A stretch of 47,359 nt of DNA, filler included, from Jimgerdemannia flammicorona (taxonomy: Eukaryota), in the NCBI GenBank assembly GCA_003990765.1. It is 2 parts of 2 records of this genome, joined end to end, with 100 filler letters (N's around TTAATTAATTAA, not from the genome) between each part and the next. Parts side by side here need not be neighbours in the genome. Positions count along the whole stretch, not along the records: positions 23,731 to 47,359 come from RBNJ01001087.1; 1 more part is not named here. The stretch is one strand, 5' to 3'. Positions 35,481-47,359 of the stretch are shown in pieces. Made by a program: the position numbers and the translations under genes. The notes under the pieces are model-generated. The model made no database searches. It saw nothing but the letters and a program-made list of their open reading frames with translations, and was not told the origin of the DNA. Within the stretch, counting starts at the first letter, position 1. Every line of letters begins with the position of its first letter.

Positions 35481-37013
35481 ATGGCGTATGATTCACTCTA
35501 TTCAAAGCTGCCACCTACTCGCGATTCTCATGGAAGTGGGGATGACGATGTTCAATTTACAGGAGTTCCATACTTGTCATCGTCACAACCTGAAGAGATT
35601 CGGCAGCTTGTAAAGGTCATCGAGGTCATGCAGAAAGATCACATCTCGTGGGGCGATGGCGACATTGTCACGGAGGTGGAGCAAGAGGGTATAATGGTAT
35701 CTCACAACGAACTGGACTCCGGCAAACGAGAGCGAATACTTAAAACAACCACCGAACACTCTTATCCGGGTCGAAATACACTTATATTGGCACCCGATTC
35801 GATCAGCGAGGATTCCGACGACAACGAGCCCCTTTATTTGATGCACAACTCAAGTCCGCTTCTTGAATCAGTGGTGGATCAAAACTGTAATGACAGTGCC
35901 GCAACGGAGGCCCTGAACACTGACTTATGGTTACTGACATCGAGCGTGGGGTCAGAGACCATTTACGTGGCAACGCCAAGATCGTCGTCGTTTGGAGACG
36001 ATGACGAAGATCGAAGATCATTGCCGCACCATTTTTATTTCCTTAAAGATGATACAGATGAAAGCGAGGGCTCTTCGCCTATCGACACACTGCTTCCAAA
36101 TTTGCGAGAATTTGAGAATTACGATATTCCTGCCGCGTCTACGGAGGTTCCGATATTGACAAAAAATACATCGTTTATTGCGTGTAGTCTGCTTGATGAC
36201 AGTGTTGTTTGTGACGAGGTCTCGGTAGAACAAAAACAAGGGACGCCAGGAGAGTTGGAAGAAGCTGACGAATTTGACTTCTCCGTGGTGTCTCCCACCG
36301 AGATTAAGGACATTTCGTTTGTTGCATGCAGTATATTTGATGACAGCGTCGGTGGCAACGAAGGCTCAGGATCAAAAAGCCACACTATGGCGGGAGGGCT
36401 TGAAGAGATGGTTTTTGATAGCGACAGTGAATCAACATTTACGGAATTGGGTGCGAACCCAAAACTTCCTTCCCAGAGAGTGGGCTCATCCCATGCAACC
36501 AAGTCCCGCTCATCAAGTCCGGACCTTTGGGTGGAGATCCCACTTCTCCGCAGGAGGAACCTTCCCCCACATATGGAAAACCTGGCAGATCGGCCTCTTC
36601 ATTCCGGGGCCGATACCAGAACTTCCGCATCATTGTCATCCTTGTTGTCGCGTAAGCCGTCGCATTTGCGGAAGAAGGAAAATAGGCTCGGGCGTGGACA
36701 AGGGCGCGGGCCATATTCACCGGTCAGCGAAAGCAAGGAGCCCAACGAAGGTAGCCAGCATATCAGGCCATCGGTGATCTCGGAGGCATCGCCTACCCGA
36801 TTTTCGGAGCATGGCAGTGGTGACAGAGTTAGAGGGACGCCTATGCGGTGTTGGATGAAACGACATGAGGAGGAAATAATTGATATGTCGCCAGGAAGGA
36901 AGAGGCTCAAGTTGCAAAACGGTCATGTAGCGGGCGATTGCGAGCAAATGGAGAAAAACGAAATGGTTGCACGATGGCTCGCTGATTTGCGCACGTCTAT
37001 GCCAAATTCATAG
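35481..37013 (+). CDS. Hypothetical protein, about 510 aa; acidic Ser-rich N-terminal part, basic C-terminal part, probably disordered and nuclear
   Basis: Long uninterrupted ORF (track start TTG 35460; first ATG 35481) with normal CpG content; NLS-like RKRLK; no family recognised. An upstream exon cannot be excluded. Confidence 0.8.
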   Translation: MAYDSLYSKLPPTRDSHGSGDDDVQFTGVPYLSSSQPEEIRQLVKVIEVMQKDHISWGDGDIVTEVEQEGIMVSHNELDSGKRERILKTTTEHSYPGRNTLILAPDSISEDSDDNEPLYLMHNSSPLLESVVDQNCNDSAATEALNTDLWLLTSSVGSETIYVATPRSSSFGDDDEDRRSLPHHFYFLKDDTDESEGSSPIDTLLPNLREFENYDIPAASTEVPILTKNTSFIACSLLDDSVVCDEVSVEQKQGTPGELEEADEFDFSVVSPTEIKDISFVACSIFDDSVGGNEGSGSKSHTMAGGLEEMVFDSDSESTFTELGANPKLPSQRVGSSHATKSRSSSPDLWVEIPLLRRRNLPPHMENLADRPLHSGADTRTSASLSSLLSRKPSHLRKKENRLGRGQGRGPYSPVSESKEPNEGSQHIRPSVISEASPTRFSEHGSGDRVRGTPMRCWMKRHEEEIIDMSPGRKRLKLQNGHVAGDCEQMEKNEMVARWLADLRTSMPNS

Positions 37014-39139
37014 GCGGGGAAGAGGGAGGTTAAGCTGGGGTTTTCAGAAATCCCTGGGTAAGCGGAAGAGGATGTAGATTTGAGTCTGTGGCGGAGGTAT
37101 TGAGGGAATAATGAATGGATTCTGAGGAGGGCAGGTTAACATAAAGCCTGAAATTGAATTCTGTTATGTTCATTTAAATAGCTCTACTCGGCAAGTGGTC
37201 TATCAAGTACCCGACCCGAAAAAGAGTCCGCAAACCCCACCGCAAGAAGGGATTACTGCAGAAATTGTTCAAGAGGTTGGGCCAATTGACCCGCAGGAGC
37301 AACAACCCCGCCAAAAGATACCCTGAGCCATCCGAAACTCCATAATCCAAACAACGCACCCCCCTTACTTTCAAGCTCCTGATCCTGGGCCTGGAACCAG
37401 ATATTACAAACTTATTTTACACAGCGGCCTATTACGTTGTTGAGAGGTAATCGTTTTGATATCGGGGAGATTTTGGCTTTCGAGGATAGGGTAAACAACG
37501 GCTGCCGTTCGATGGGGTGGGAGGAGGTTTTTATGATTAGGGAAATTCATTGTATAGCGTAGGACGAATGCATCAATGAAGTCTTCTCGACCGGATCCTT
37601 CATCGTTATTACTCTCCGAGATAACGAATAAAATATTTGGTTTTGTCTCTTGATTCCTGTCAGTTAACAAAGAGAATATTGCCATCGAGGTGTTGCTTTA
37701 TACGGTATATCCTGCCATCATGTCATCATAGCAGCCTTCAGAGGATCGTGCAGAATAAACCAGACCAGGTTTCCTTCGAATGTCTTAGTTTCGATTCATG
37801 GAAGGGCCCAGGCACCCCTTTTACACACTATTTGCGATCATGTGATCCTAGGCCTTTAAATGGACTCGCGTATCTTTTTTATAGCCATTCCTTTGACCTT
37901 CACCATATCCAAATGTTACTCATAAAATCCAATGCTTTGGATCTCAGAAAGTATGGCAATAAGTATATTTTCAAACGATGTGTCTAGCTCTGCTTGGCGT
38001 CTGCTACAGGATATATGGGCGTTTCGCTCAAAGGGTTGGATCTTGTTGGAGCTCAACGGTGACAACGACCACGACATCAGTACGCGTGGGGTAACAATAC
38101 CTATCTGGCTAGAAATATATGCTTATACTTGAAATTCCTGCTACTTTTGCTGCGCATCTTCAATGCCATAACAGATCCATAAATCCCACCCGATGATCGC
38201 ACCGCAAAGCAATTTCCAGCTCTCTATCTCAGTGATCAGTTTCAGACATTATTCGTTCCAGAGACTTGTGGATCTTAATATTTATTGCGCACACCTGAAA
38301 GGAAAATGAAAATCCGTGGAGTTCTATAACTTATTGCATTCAATCAAAATGGCCTCTCACCCAAAGAAATAAGTTTTGGTTTGATATGAACGTCGTCACT
38401 TGGATACAATCAAGTTCTATTTTATTTTCATTCGGCATTAACGTATTGAGCGAGGATCCATTGCAAGCGACAGTGATACGTCACACGGCTCAAAGCGTGT
38501 GTTATACAAGTTTAAATGTGCGGTCAATATTACTCGAGCAATGCCGTTTTCAAAAAAATCGGTTGATGCAATGTCGGTTTGCGGTAACGTTTCTCGGATT
38601 AAATGTCTCTTTGAAGATGGGGAGCTCCAGCGTCCGACAAGTGGAAAATTACAGAAATATAATGAGCCAATAACGTGTTTTTCAGGTTTTCGTGTGAACT
38701 GCCTTATTAAGTTCAATAACTGAGATAGAATTACATGGTGTCCCCGTGGCAATATCGCCCAAGGGTAATGTTTATGAACTGTCTGAACATGGCAGTGAAT
38801 GGTGGTGGATGTTCGTTCTTCCCGGGGTCCTTAAGGTTTGATGGGCTTGTCGAGTGGCGAACAGTGAGTTTGATGTATAGGTCAGAATTAGATGGAGAGT
38901 TCTGGGATGGCGGTGGTATCGGATCGGTTGGGAAGGGATGCTTAATGTTCTCGGTTGTTAGGAGTTATTTTGATGCCGATAATCGGTTTGATATTATAAC
39001 AGCAACAAACCCTTCGGATCTTGGTTGTTAATTGTAAGTTTCGTATTATTTGATGCTTTTAATTGTCGAACCAAACGAGAGTGCCAGAACTAACCAGGCA
39101 TATTATTCGTGTTACTCATTTTCTTCCGCGATCATGTTT

Positions 39140-40575
39140 TCTTAGTAACTGGTATAGCTAAATAGCTTTCTTTATAGGTGTATATAATACTTATTATTTT
39201 ATCTATATTGAGGACATTACTACTGAGCTCTGCTTATGTATTTATCATAAGATAACTTCTTATTATAAATGTAGAAAAGTATTCTATTATAAATTGATGA
39301 TTGTCTAAGTCTTCTGCCCAATCAGTATTATATATACTGAAAAGTTATATAGTTACTATTGTTATCAATAGATATAGTATTAGACTTTCTTAACTTTTTA
39401 GATATATATATCTATAGAAGTACTGATAGGTTTACATTTGCTTATATTGAATTACTCTAAGATAGCATAGATATATATTAATTGAGATTAAAATTATAAT
39501 GAGTGATATAAGTATAACATAACCTTCACATATCATATTTACCCTCATAGTTATCTAGTTGCTGCAGAAACTATATAAATAATATAAGATATCTAGACTG
39601 ACAGAACTTAACCTTAAAGATACTATACCTTAAAGGTACTATACCCTGAGAGTATAGAGGAAGTTATATATTATATTTAGCAATACTATATATTTTATAA
39701 TTACTTAAATAGCAACTGAGATAGCAATCAACTTATATAAAATACTTCAGAGACAAGAGTGAATAAACCTCAGTCTGAAATTTAAACTCTATTTTAACTC
39801 TAGTTTACTTTCTAATATAAAGAACAAGTTCAAGAGTATTTACTATCTAAGTTCAAGTAAAGAACTTTACTGCTATTTAAAAAGAAATTTACTACTTAAG
39901 GAAAAGCTGATATTTTCAAGAAAGTCTACTATGTTTTGGTCTACTTGCCAGATAAGTCTGAAGAATTTGAGAAGTCTATCTTATCACAAAGTCAGTCTAT
40001 TTGATACAACTTTATAGCAAAGCCAGTCTCTCAATATAACTTTATATAAACAAAGCCAGTCTTTGATATCTTTATCAAAAATCTGTCATCTGAGTTATTT
40101 TCCAGAAAGTCTGTTTGTATTCTAACACCAAGCTAGCCTTTTGATATAACTTTGCAGTAGAGTCAGTTGTCAATATAACTCTATACAAACAAAGCCAGTC
40201 TTTATATAACTTTGAGGAATCTACCATATTTTGGTATACTTGTTAAACAAAGTCAGAATTATGTCAATTCAGAAAAATCTATACTAAACTGAGTTATCAG
40301 ATTTACCAAATTATATATCAAACTGAGTTATCCAAGTTATTATTCAAGAAGTCTGCCAATTTAGGAAAAATCTATGCCAAATCAAGTTATTCACCAATCT
40401 GCCACTTATTAAAAAATTCCACCAAGACTATTATAGATCATTATACTATTTAGAGATTGTTATACTATATTGAAGACTGTTACACTAAAAATCACATACT
40501 TTGGAACTCATTATACTATATAGAGATTGTTATACTATACAGAAAATTGTCACATAGAAATTATATAATGAAACT
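39140..40575. other. AT-rich hypermutated repeat relic with short internal duplications
   Basis: CpG-free; duplications at 40003-40070 / 40143-40212, aactgagttatc copies, agagattgttatactata at about 40452 and 40522. Confidence 0.55.
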
Positions 40576-40577
40576 AC

Positions 40578-43500
40578 TACTGAGTATTGACAGCAGAGTA
40601 CTGGAGAGTAAATGTCTGAAATACACTAGAAGTGGTCTGGTGTCTGTGGTCAGATCACTGAGGTCTGATAGGGTGCAGGAAATTTGAGAGAAGTGGGGAT
40701 GGGTCTGGACATTGGCAACTGAATTCTTTCTTGTTAGAGGAGGGTTCCTTGTAGGCTAACTGGAAGGTGGAAGTTGTGGAAAAGATTAGTAGGTAGTAGG
40801 AGTAGGGATTGAAGATTGGGGACTATAAAATCAAGTACTCAGAGGTATTGGAGGGAGACAGAGAGGGTTAGGAGTGCCCAGCAGAGGTGGTGAGTATAAT
40901 GGGCTTCACAAAAATTGGTAATGCTTCTAGGAAAATGAACAGGATTGCTGAAGGATTTGGGGATGGCCAATTGGTGAATTCTGCAGATATAAAAGAAAGT
41001 AGATGAGCTAAAGGATGTGCTATAAATAGTGGAGGAGGTTCAGCTAAAAGAGATAGTAGTATGATTGCAGTGACAGGAGTTGGAGGAGAGAGAGAGACCC
41101 ACTAAGTTCTTTTGAGGATGCTCTAAGCTCAGAGAACCAGATATGGTGGTATTCTGGAAGAGGATGGGGAGATAGTGGTAGGGACTCCTAAGATTCTGAG
41201 ATTGCTGCAAGATCACTGGGGGACCTTATGGAGGGACAAAAGAGGGGGTGAGGATGCTCTGGACATTGAATGACAGTTGGAGGATTGGTATCAGGATCTG
41301 ATACTGAGCCTGGGGACCCTGGGTGGATCCATGCAAGGAGAGAAAGTATGTAGGATCTTGGCTTTGACAAGTAAGGGAACAGCTCCAGATGAGGATGGGC
41401 TTCTCTGAGATTTTTGAAAGAAGATGACTGGGGTGGAGATAGTATTGGAGGAGATGACAGTAATGTGTAATGAGGTACTTCAATCTAGAGATTGGATTAG
41501 AAGCCAGTGCCTAGGGCTGATCTCCCTGCTCTATAAGGATAAGAGAAGAAGAGAAGATTGGAGGAATTGGTGACCAATCATGCTTCTTGACATAGACCAC
41601 AAGCTAGTGACAAAGATCTTAATAACTAGACTACAGGGGGTTGCTCAGCAGGTACTAGGAGTGAAGCAGAGGGGGTTTGTTGGTGGCCAGTTGATCTGAG
41701 ATAGAACTGCCTGAGTTCATGGAGTGATTGAAGAAGCTCAGATAGCTGGGGTTGATGGACAGTTAGTATTCCTGGATCAGGAGAAGGTGTGCAATAGAGT
41801 AAGGAGGGTCTGGTAAGAGGGAGTGCTGAAATATGTGAGAGTTCCCCCAGAGTTCAGGAGGTCATTAATCAGTCTACTAAAGAACAGTCAAGCAGTATTG
41901 GTGGTAAATGAGCACAGAGGTGTAACTTTTCAGCTAGGTTGTAGAGTGCCACAAGGAGATCCTCTGTTACCCATCCTATACACCCTTTCCTTGGAGCCAC
42001 TATTGGATAGGATTTAGTATCAAATTGGGGGTTTGGACATTTTGGAGATTAACTGAAAGGTTGGGACCTTTACAGATAATATAGTAGTAGGACTGGATTC
42101 ATTAGCAGATGTGAAGGAATTAAGAAGAACTGTAGAATGGTATGAGAGGGGCTCAGGGGCATGACTCAACTGGTATAAGTGTGAGACCCTGGTGCTTAGT
42201 AGTGGAATAGTTGGTAGTGATGTGATTGGCACAGTGGTTTCTGTATAGGAACTGGTCCAGTACTTGGGGATATACTTTTTTGTATATGGGTCTCTTTTGT
42301 CCTATATATGGTGGGAATAGCAGCTACTAGTATGGGATAATGTTCTCTTGAGATAGAGTGGTAGGTATATATTCTTAGCAGGAAGGGTGATAGTGCTGAA
42401 TGTATATTGATTGTCGAAGTTGTAGTATGTGGAGTACTACCTGGACTTTCTGGCATGAGTGGTCAAGCAACTTCTGAAGATAGCAAGATCATAGATTTGG
42501 GCTGAGCAGTGAAGTCAGATAGGCTGGGAGGTTCTCACTCTACCTGTTGACAGAGGTGGACTGGGTTTGGTGGACTTTACCAAGTACCTTTACTGTCTGT
42601 AAGTATGGTGGCTGAAGAGGGTGAGTTAGTTGTGGGGCCAGGAGTGGGTGTCACTTATATAGAGGTTGTGGGAAGCTTGGTATTCCTCTCATAGAGTGAT
42701 GGGTAACCTGCTTACAATGGTAGCCATGGATGAGACTAGAAGGATTTTGTACAAAGACTTTTGGTGGAGAGTGGTAGATGGTACTAGAAGAATCAGACTT
42801 CAGTAATAGGGGGGTGAGGGGGAGAAGGACTGGGGACTGTGAATGTGGCAATAGGACAGGTTACTGCTGGGAGATACATTAGTGGAGAATTTTCAGCTTA
42901 GTGATAGAATGGAATATATGCAGGGGCCTGGGAGAGATATGCAGCCAGAAGTATGACAAAGAGTGGGGATCAGCAAGGAGTGGGATTGGAATAGAGTTTG
43001 GCCTTAGAGCAAGCTGGTGATATAGTGGCTTCCCTCCAAGTTCTGGGTAGTATAGTGGAGATTCCTCAGGCAGAATGTAATACTAAACTACTGGTCAGAA
43101 CACTTGGTGGCAGATGGTATATTTGAATGTGAGGAATGTATAGATATGGAACAGGAGAGAGGAGTGATACAAATGCCTGAACATTGGCTAGGAGAGTGTA
43201 AAGTTCTGGGGGAGTTTTGGTACAATATTATAGTCAGATTGGGTTTGTAGTCTGGTGGAGAGGGAAGGAGGGAGATGGGGGGACCTCCAGTGAAGGTTAG
43301 TGGGTGTGATTGGGGATGAATGGTTATCTTTAGAGTGGGCCTTGGTGCTTTGGGTGGGGATGACCAGTCATTGGTTTTATATCTTAGAGAAGAGCTAGTG
43401 AGTTGAGATTGGGGCTAGAGTAACACATTGAGAATAGTTACTACTTGACATTTTGAATGGTTGGTGGAGAGGGTGGGGCCTGAGTGGGGGGGACTATCAG

Positions 43501-43683
43501 AAATTAGTAAATTGTATTTGTAAGAAGAGTGGAGAGAGGGTTCATGTAGTAGGTGGTTGGGTTGTCCTTCAGCAAAGAGAGGAGAAGTATGGAGTAGGAG
43601 AACCTGGGGGTATTGGCTGAAGGGCTGTGGGTTCTTATGTATTATTATTTATAGATAGATTGATAGTAAATAGAAGTCTAAGT

Positions 43684-43718
<35 letters not shown>
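40578..43718 (+). mobile_element. 5'-truncated L1/Tx1-clade LINE with poly(A) tail
   Basis: From the APE C-terminus through NW*PIMLLDIDHKL, FLDQEK, VPQGDPLLPILY, FTDN, GGLGLVDF, CEEC...EHWLGEC to the A tail at 43690-43718; same taattata(A)n end as the copy ending at 4896. Confidence 0.9.
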
Positions 43719-43725
<7 letters not shown>

Positions 43726-43729
43726 GGCC

Positions 43730-46700
43730 ATAGGGAAGGAGAGATGGCTGTAGAAAGCACTGATGAATGTTATGGCTAATGAGTTAGATGAGGTGGACTT
43801 TGGGCTAATTAGTGAAAAGTATTGGAGTGAGATCCTATATAGTGAGGAGGTGATATAGAAGCTCTAAAATAAGCTATTGGTGGATTTGTTCGAGGTAGAG
43901 GAATGAGATGAATGATGTCAGAGAGGTAGTGCTTAATATTACAAATAACTGTGTGGTCTATCTGTAGAGATTAAGAAAGGGGTTGGAGAAGTGGTAGGTA
44001 GTGTGTAAGGACTACTGGTTTAATATGGAGGTAGTGAATGATGAGAACTATCAGGATATCTTAGAAGTACTAGACACTTAGCAGGAAGAGGCAGATGAGC
44101 TTGAGGCAGAGCAGAACCTGGATATTACTAGTGATATGGTGAGGATTAAATTGTAAAGCAAATGTCTATTCTCTAAACATTATTTAATATGAACAGTACA
44201 ACTAGAATCTTCTCTTTGAATATCAATGGATTGAGGGGTATGATGAGGTATCAGAATATTTTCAGCTAGTTGAAGGGGCTGGATACAGATCTGTTCTTAT
44301 AGCAGAATGTAGGATATGATACTGACTTAGATATCCAGAACTAGATGAGAGAATGGGGAGGAGTGGCCATATTGTAGGATTAGATAGATATTCTGGTTAG
44401 GAAGAGTAATGGGAATATTGGGGACATTGGACATTATAGGAGCTGAGAAGTGTGGAGAGTATGGAGGAGGCCAGACTGGAGCCCCCTGACTATTGGGTTA
44501 TATTATTGCCCAGTGGAAAGGGGGGAGCATCTGAAGTAGATAAGGGGTTTACAGAATACTAGTGTTTTGGTAGTAAAAGAGATTGCCTGTCTGGGGGATA
44601 ACTTTAACATAATATATGATAGATAGCTGGACAGGACTGAAGGAGAGAGGGGGATGGCTGATAGGAGTAAAGGGATAGAAGGCTGGGAGGAGATTGAGAG
44701 ATTGAGTTCACTGATAGATGTGAAGCACTTTGGATAGAGAGATTGCCAGATATATACTCACTGGATAGTATGGCTGGAATCAAGAATTGACTAGATATTG
44801 ATTGCTGAGTACTGGAGAGTAGATGTCTGGAGTTCTCTGGAGAGAGTTTGGTATCCTTAGTCTGACCATTAGAGTTTGCTGAGTTACTGAGGATTCAGAA
44901 GAAGTGGAGAGAGACCTGGACATTAATGTCTGAATATATCTTTGTTAGAGGAATACTCCTTGTAGGATTTGTATATAGTAGATATTAGCTCTAGGATTAT
45001 TAGCTAGAGGATACAGGGGCTGGAGATTGGAGATCATTGGCAGTATTTAAAATCTGATGCTCAGTAATACTGAAGAAAGGCTGGAAGAGAAAGGGGTACT
45101 CAGAGGAGGAGTTATATAAGGTGGGCCTTCCAGAGATTGGAGAGGCTGTAGGCAAGGTAGACAGGATCTTTAAATAATAGAGAGAAAGGAGATTGGAGGG
45201 CTAAATGGATCCAGCTAGAGGTGGAAGAATTGCAGAGGCTGCTCAGACAGAAGGAAGAACTACAGATGAAGAGTATAGTAGCTCAGTTGAGATAGTAGAG
45301 TTTAGAGAAGAGGAAGAGGTCTATAAAGTTTCTATCAAGGCTGCTCTAGATAAGAATGATAAGACAGTTGTGGAAAGAAGTTTTGGATAAGATAGGTCAG
45401 GATACTAGAGATTTTGGGCCAGCTGCAGTCTTAATAGAGGTATCTGTAGAGTGAGGAGGAGGGTAGAGAGAATATACTAAACATTGAATGGTATCTAGAG
45501 AATTAGCACCCAGACCCAGCAGAGGGTCTTGGTAATCTTGGAGTTTCTGTATAGAAGGAAGAGGTTTATAGGGTTTTTATGATGACAAGTCTTGGGATAG
45601 TCTCTGGAGAGGATGATCTATCTTGGGATTTTTGAAAAAGAATACCTAGTATAAAGGTGATGTTAGAGGAGATAATATGAATATGTAATGAAGTTATTGA
45701 CTCAGAAGGGGAAGTACTTGGGGCTTGTGGTATATTGTACAAGAATAAGAGAAGGAGAGAGAATTGGAAGAATTAGAGGCTGATTATACTTCTGGATATA
45801 GATCACAAGTTAGTAACTAAGATATTGGTGGCTCAGTTATAAGGAGTAGCTCAGTAGATATTAGGAATACAGCAGAGAGACTTTGTCAGAGGTCATTTAA
45901 TAAGAGATAGAACAATATGAGTTCAATGGTATTATTGAGAGTACTCATACTGCTGGAGTAAAAGATCAATTAGTTTTTCTGGACCAGGAGAAGGCTTATG
46001 ACAGAGTTCAGTATATATATACTGAAGTGAATGAGAGTTCTTCTGGAGTTTAGGAGATTACTGATCAGTCTATTGAAGAAGAGTCAGATAGCTATTATGG
46101 TGAATGGGTATAAGAGAGAGTCATTTCTCCTAGATAGAGGAGTATCACAGAGAGATTCACTGTCACCAATTCTTTATGACCTCTCTCTGAAGTTACTATT
46201 GAATAAAATTAGGTACAGGATAGGGGGGTTGAATATTCTGGGCATAAACTGGAAGATGGGGGTCTTTGCTAATGATATAGTAGTAGAGCTAGGCTCTGTA
46301 GAGGATGTGGCAGCACTGAAGAGTATAGTGAAATAGTATGAGAAGTACTCAGAGGCTAAGCTTAACTGATACAAATGTGAGACTATGATTTTAGATAAAG
46401 AGATCATAAGAGAGAATGTGATTGGAATAGTTATCTCAGCTAGAGAGGTAGTCTATTATCTGGAAATCTACTTCTCAGTATATGGTTCTCTGTTATCTCA
46501 AGGATAATGAGAGTAGCAGCTGGTCAAATAGAGAGATGCTCTCCTGAGATAGGGTGACCAATATATTTCTCTAGCAAGAAGAGTAATGATACTAAATATA
46601 TATTGACTGTCTAAGTTATAGTATCTGGGATATTACTTGGACTTCTCTATATAGATGGTGAAGTAGTTATTAAAGATAGCTGGATAATAGATATGGATAG

Positions 46701-47359
46701 TACAGCAGAGTCATAGTTGGTTAGGAGATGTTGATAGTACTAGAAGACTGAGGAGGACTGGGCCTGGTGGACTTTTCCAAGCAACTATACTACTTAAGAG
46801 TATAGTGGCTGAAGTGAGCTAGTAAGTTGAGAAGTTGAGAGTAGATATCACTTATACAAAGAGTGTGGGAGGTCTGTTTCTCTCCCTGGGGCATATCTGG
46901 TGACTTGTTCTCTCTGGTGAAACTGGAGAGAAGCTGGAAGATGCACTATAGGGGATTCTGATAGAGAGTGGTTGATGGTACCTATTGAATTAGTCTCAGA
47001 TAGTAGAGTGTTAAGGGGGGGGTAGACTGGGGACCCTAGATGTAGAGGTGAGATTGTCTTCTATTAGAGGACATACTAGTGGATAATTATAGTTTAGAGG
47101 ATAGCTTGGAGTGTCTTCAGGAGCATGGAAGAGATTTGTGGCCAGAGACATAGCAGGAGGTAGGAATTGGAGAAGAGTTGGACTGAAATGGCATTTGGTC
47201 AAGGAGCAAATGAGTGGTGAGATAGATTCCCCCCAGGTTTTGGGTGGTATGATAGTGACTCTTGTGGCATAATGTGATGCTGAATTATAGGTCAGGATAT
47301 TTGGTAGACAGGGGTATCTTGGAGTACAGAATGTATAGGGGGAGAGTTGGGGTTGCTGG
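43730..47359 (+). mobile_element. L1/Tx1-clade LINE (end of ORF1, ORF2 from 44189), runs off the window
   Basis: MNSTTRIFSLNINGLRG at 44189, SDH, FLDQEKAYDRV, GVSQRDSLSPILY, FAND, GGLGLVDF. Confidence 0.9.

Noticed and set aside
35583..36947. Overlapping antisense and alternate-frame ORFs
   Set aside because: Shadows of the 35481-37013 CDS with no recognisable features.

Overview
Eukaryotic, most likely fungal, repeat-rich (heterochromatin-like) window. About 90% is decayed transposable elements carrying massive C>T/G>A hypermutation: CpG is almost absent and TGG/CAG/CGA codons are turned into stops. Contents in order: (1) a Penelope-like retroelement with direct pseudo-LTRs plus an inverted 5' copy and no visible endonuclease (412-4862); (2) at least seven copies or fragments of an L1/Tx1-clade LINE on both strands; (3) a 1.2-kb poly(A) retro-insertion with a 12-bp TSD nested in one LINE; (4) a complete 6.5-kb hAT transposon (TIRs, 8-bp TSD) nested in the same LINE; (5) a 1.6-kb 15-bp minisatellite; (6) a scaffold gap; (7) an AT-rich, extremely mutated block containing a hAT-type MITE; (8) one CpG-normal island (about 35275-39135) holding an intact intronless gene of unknown function. 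The most interesting observation is inside the hAT element. Besides its spliced transposase it carries a convergent, spliced passenger gene whose last exon, read with transition mutations reversed, fits the TET/JBP-type 2OG-Fe(II) dioxygenase pattern. A 7-unit repeat array lies between the two genes. This could be a transposon carrying its own 5mC-modifying enzyme. The assignment is a by-eye inference and needs an HMM or structure search.
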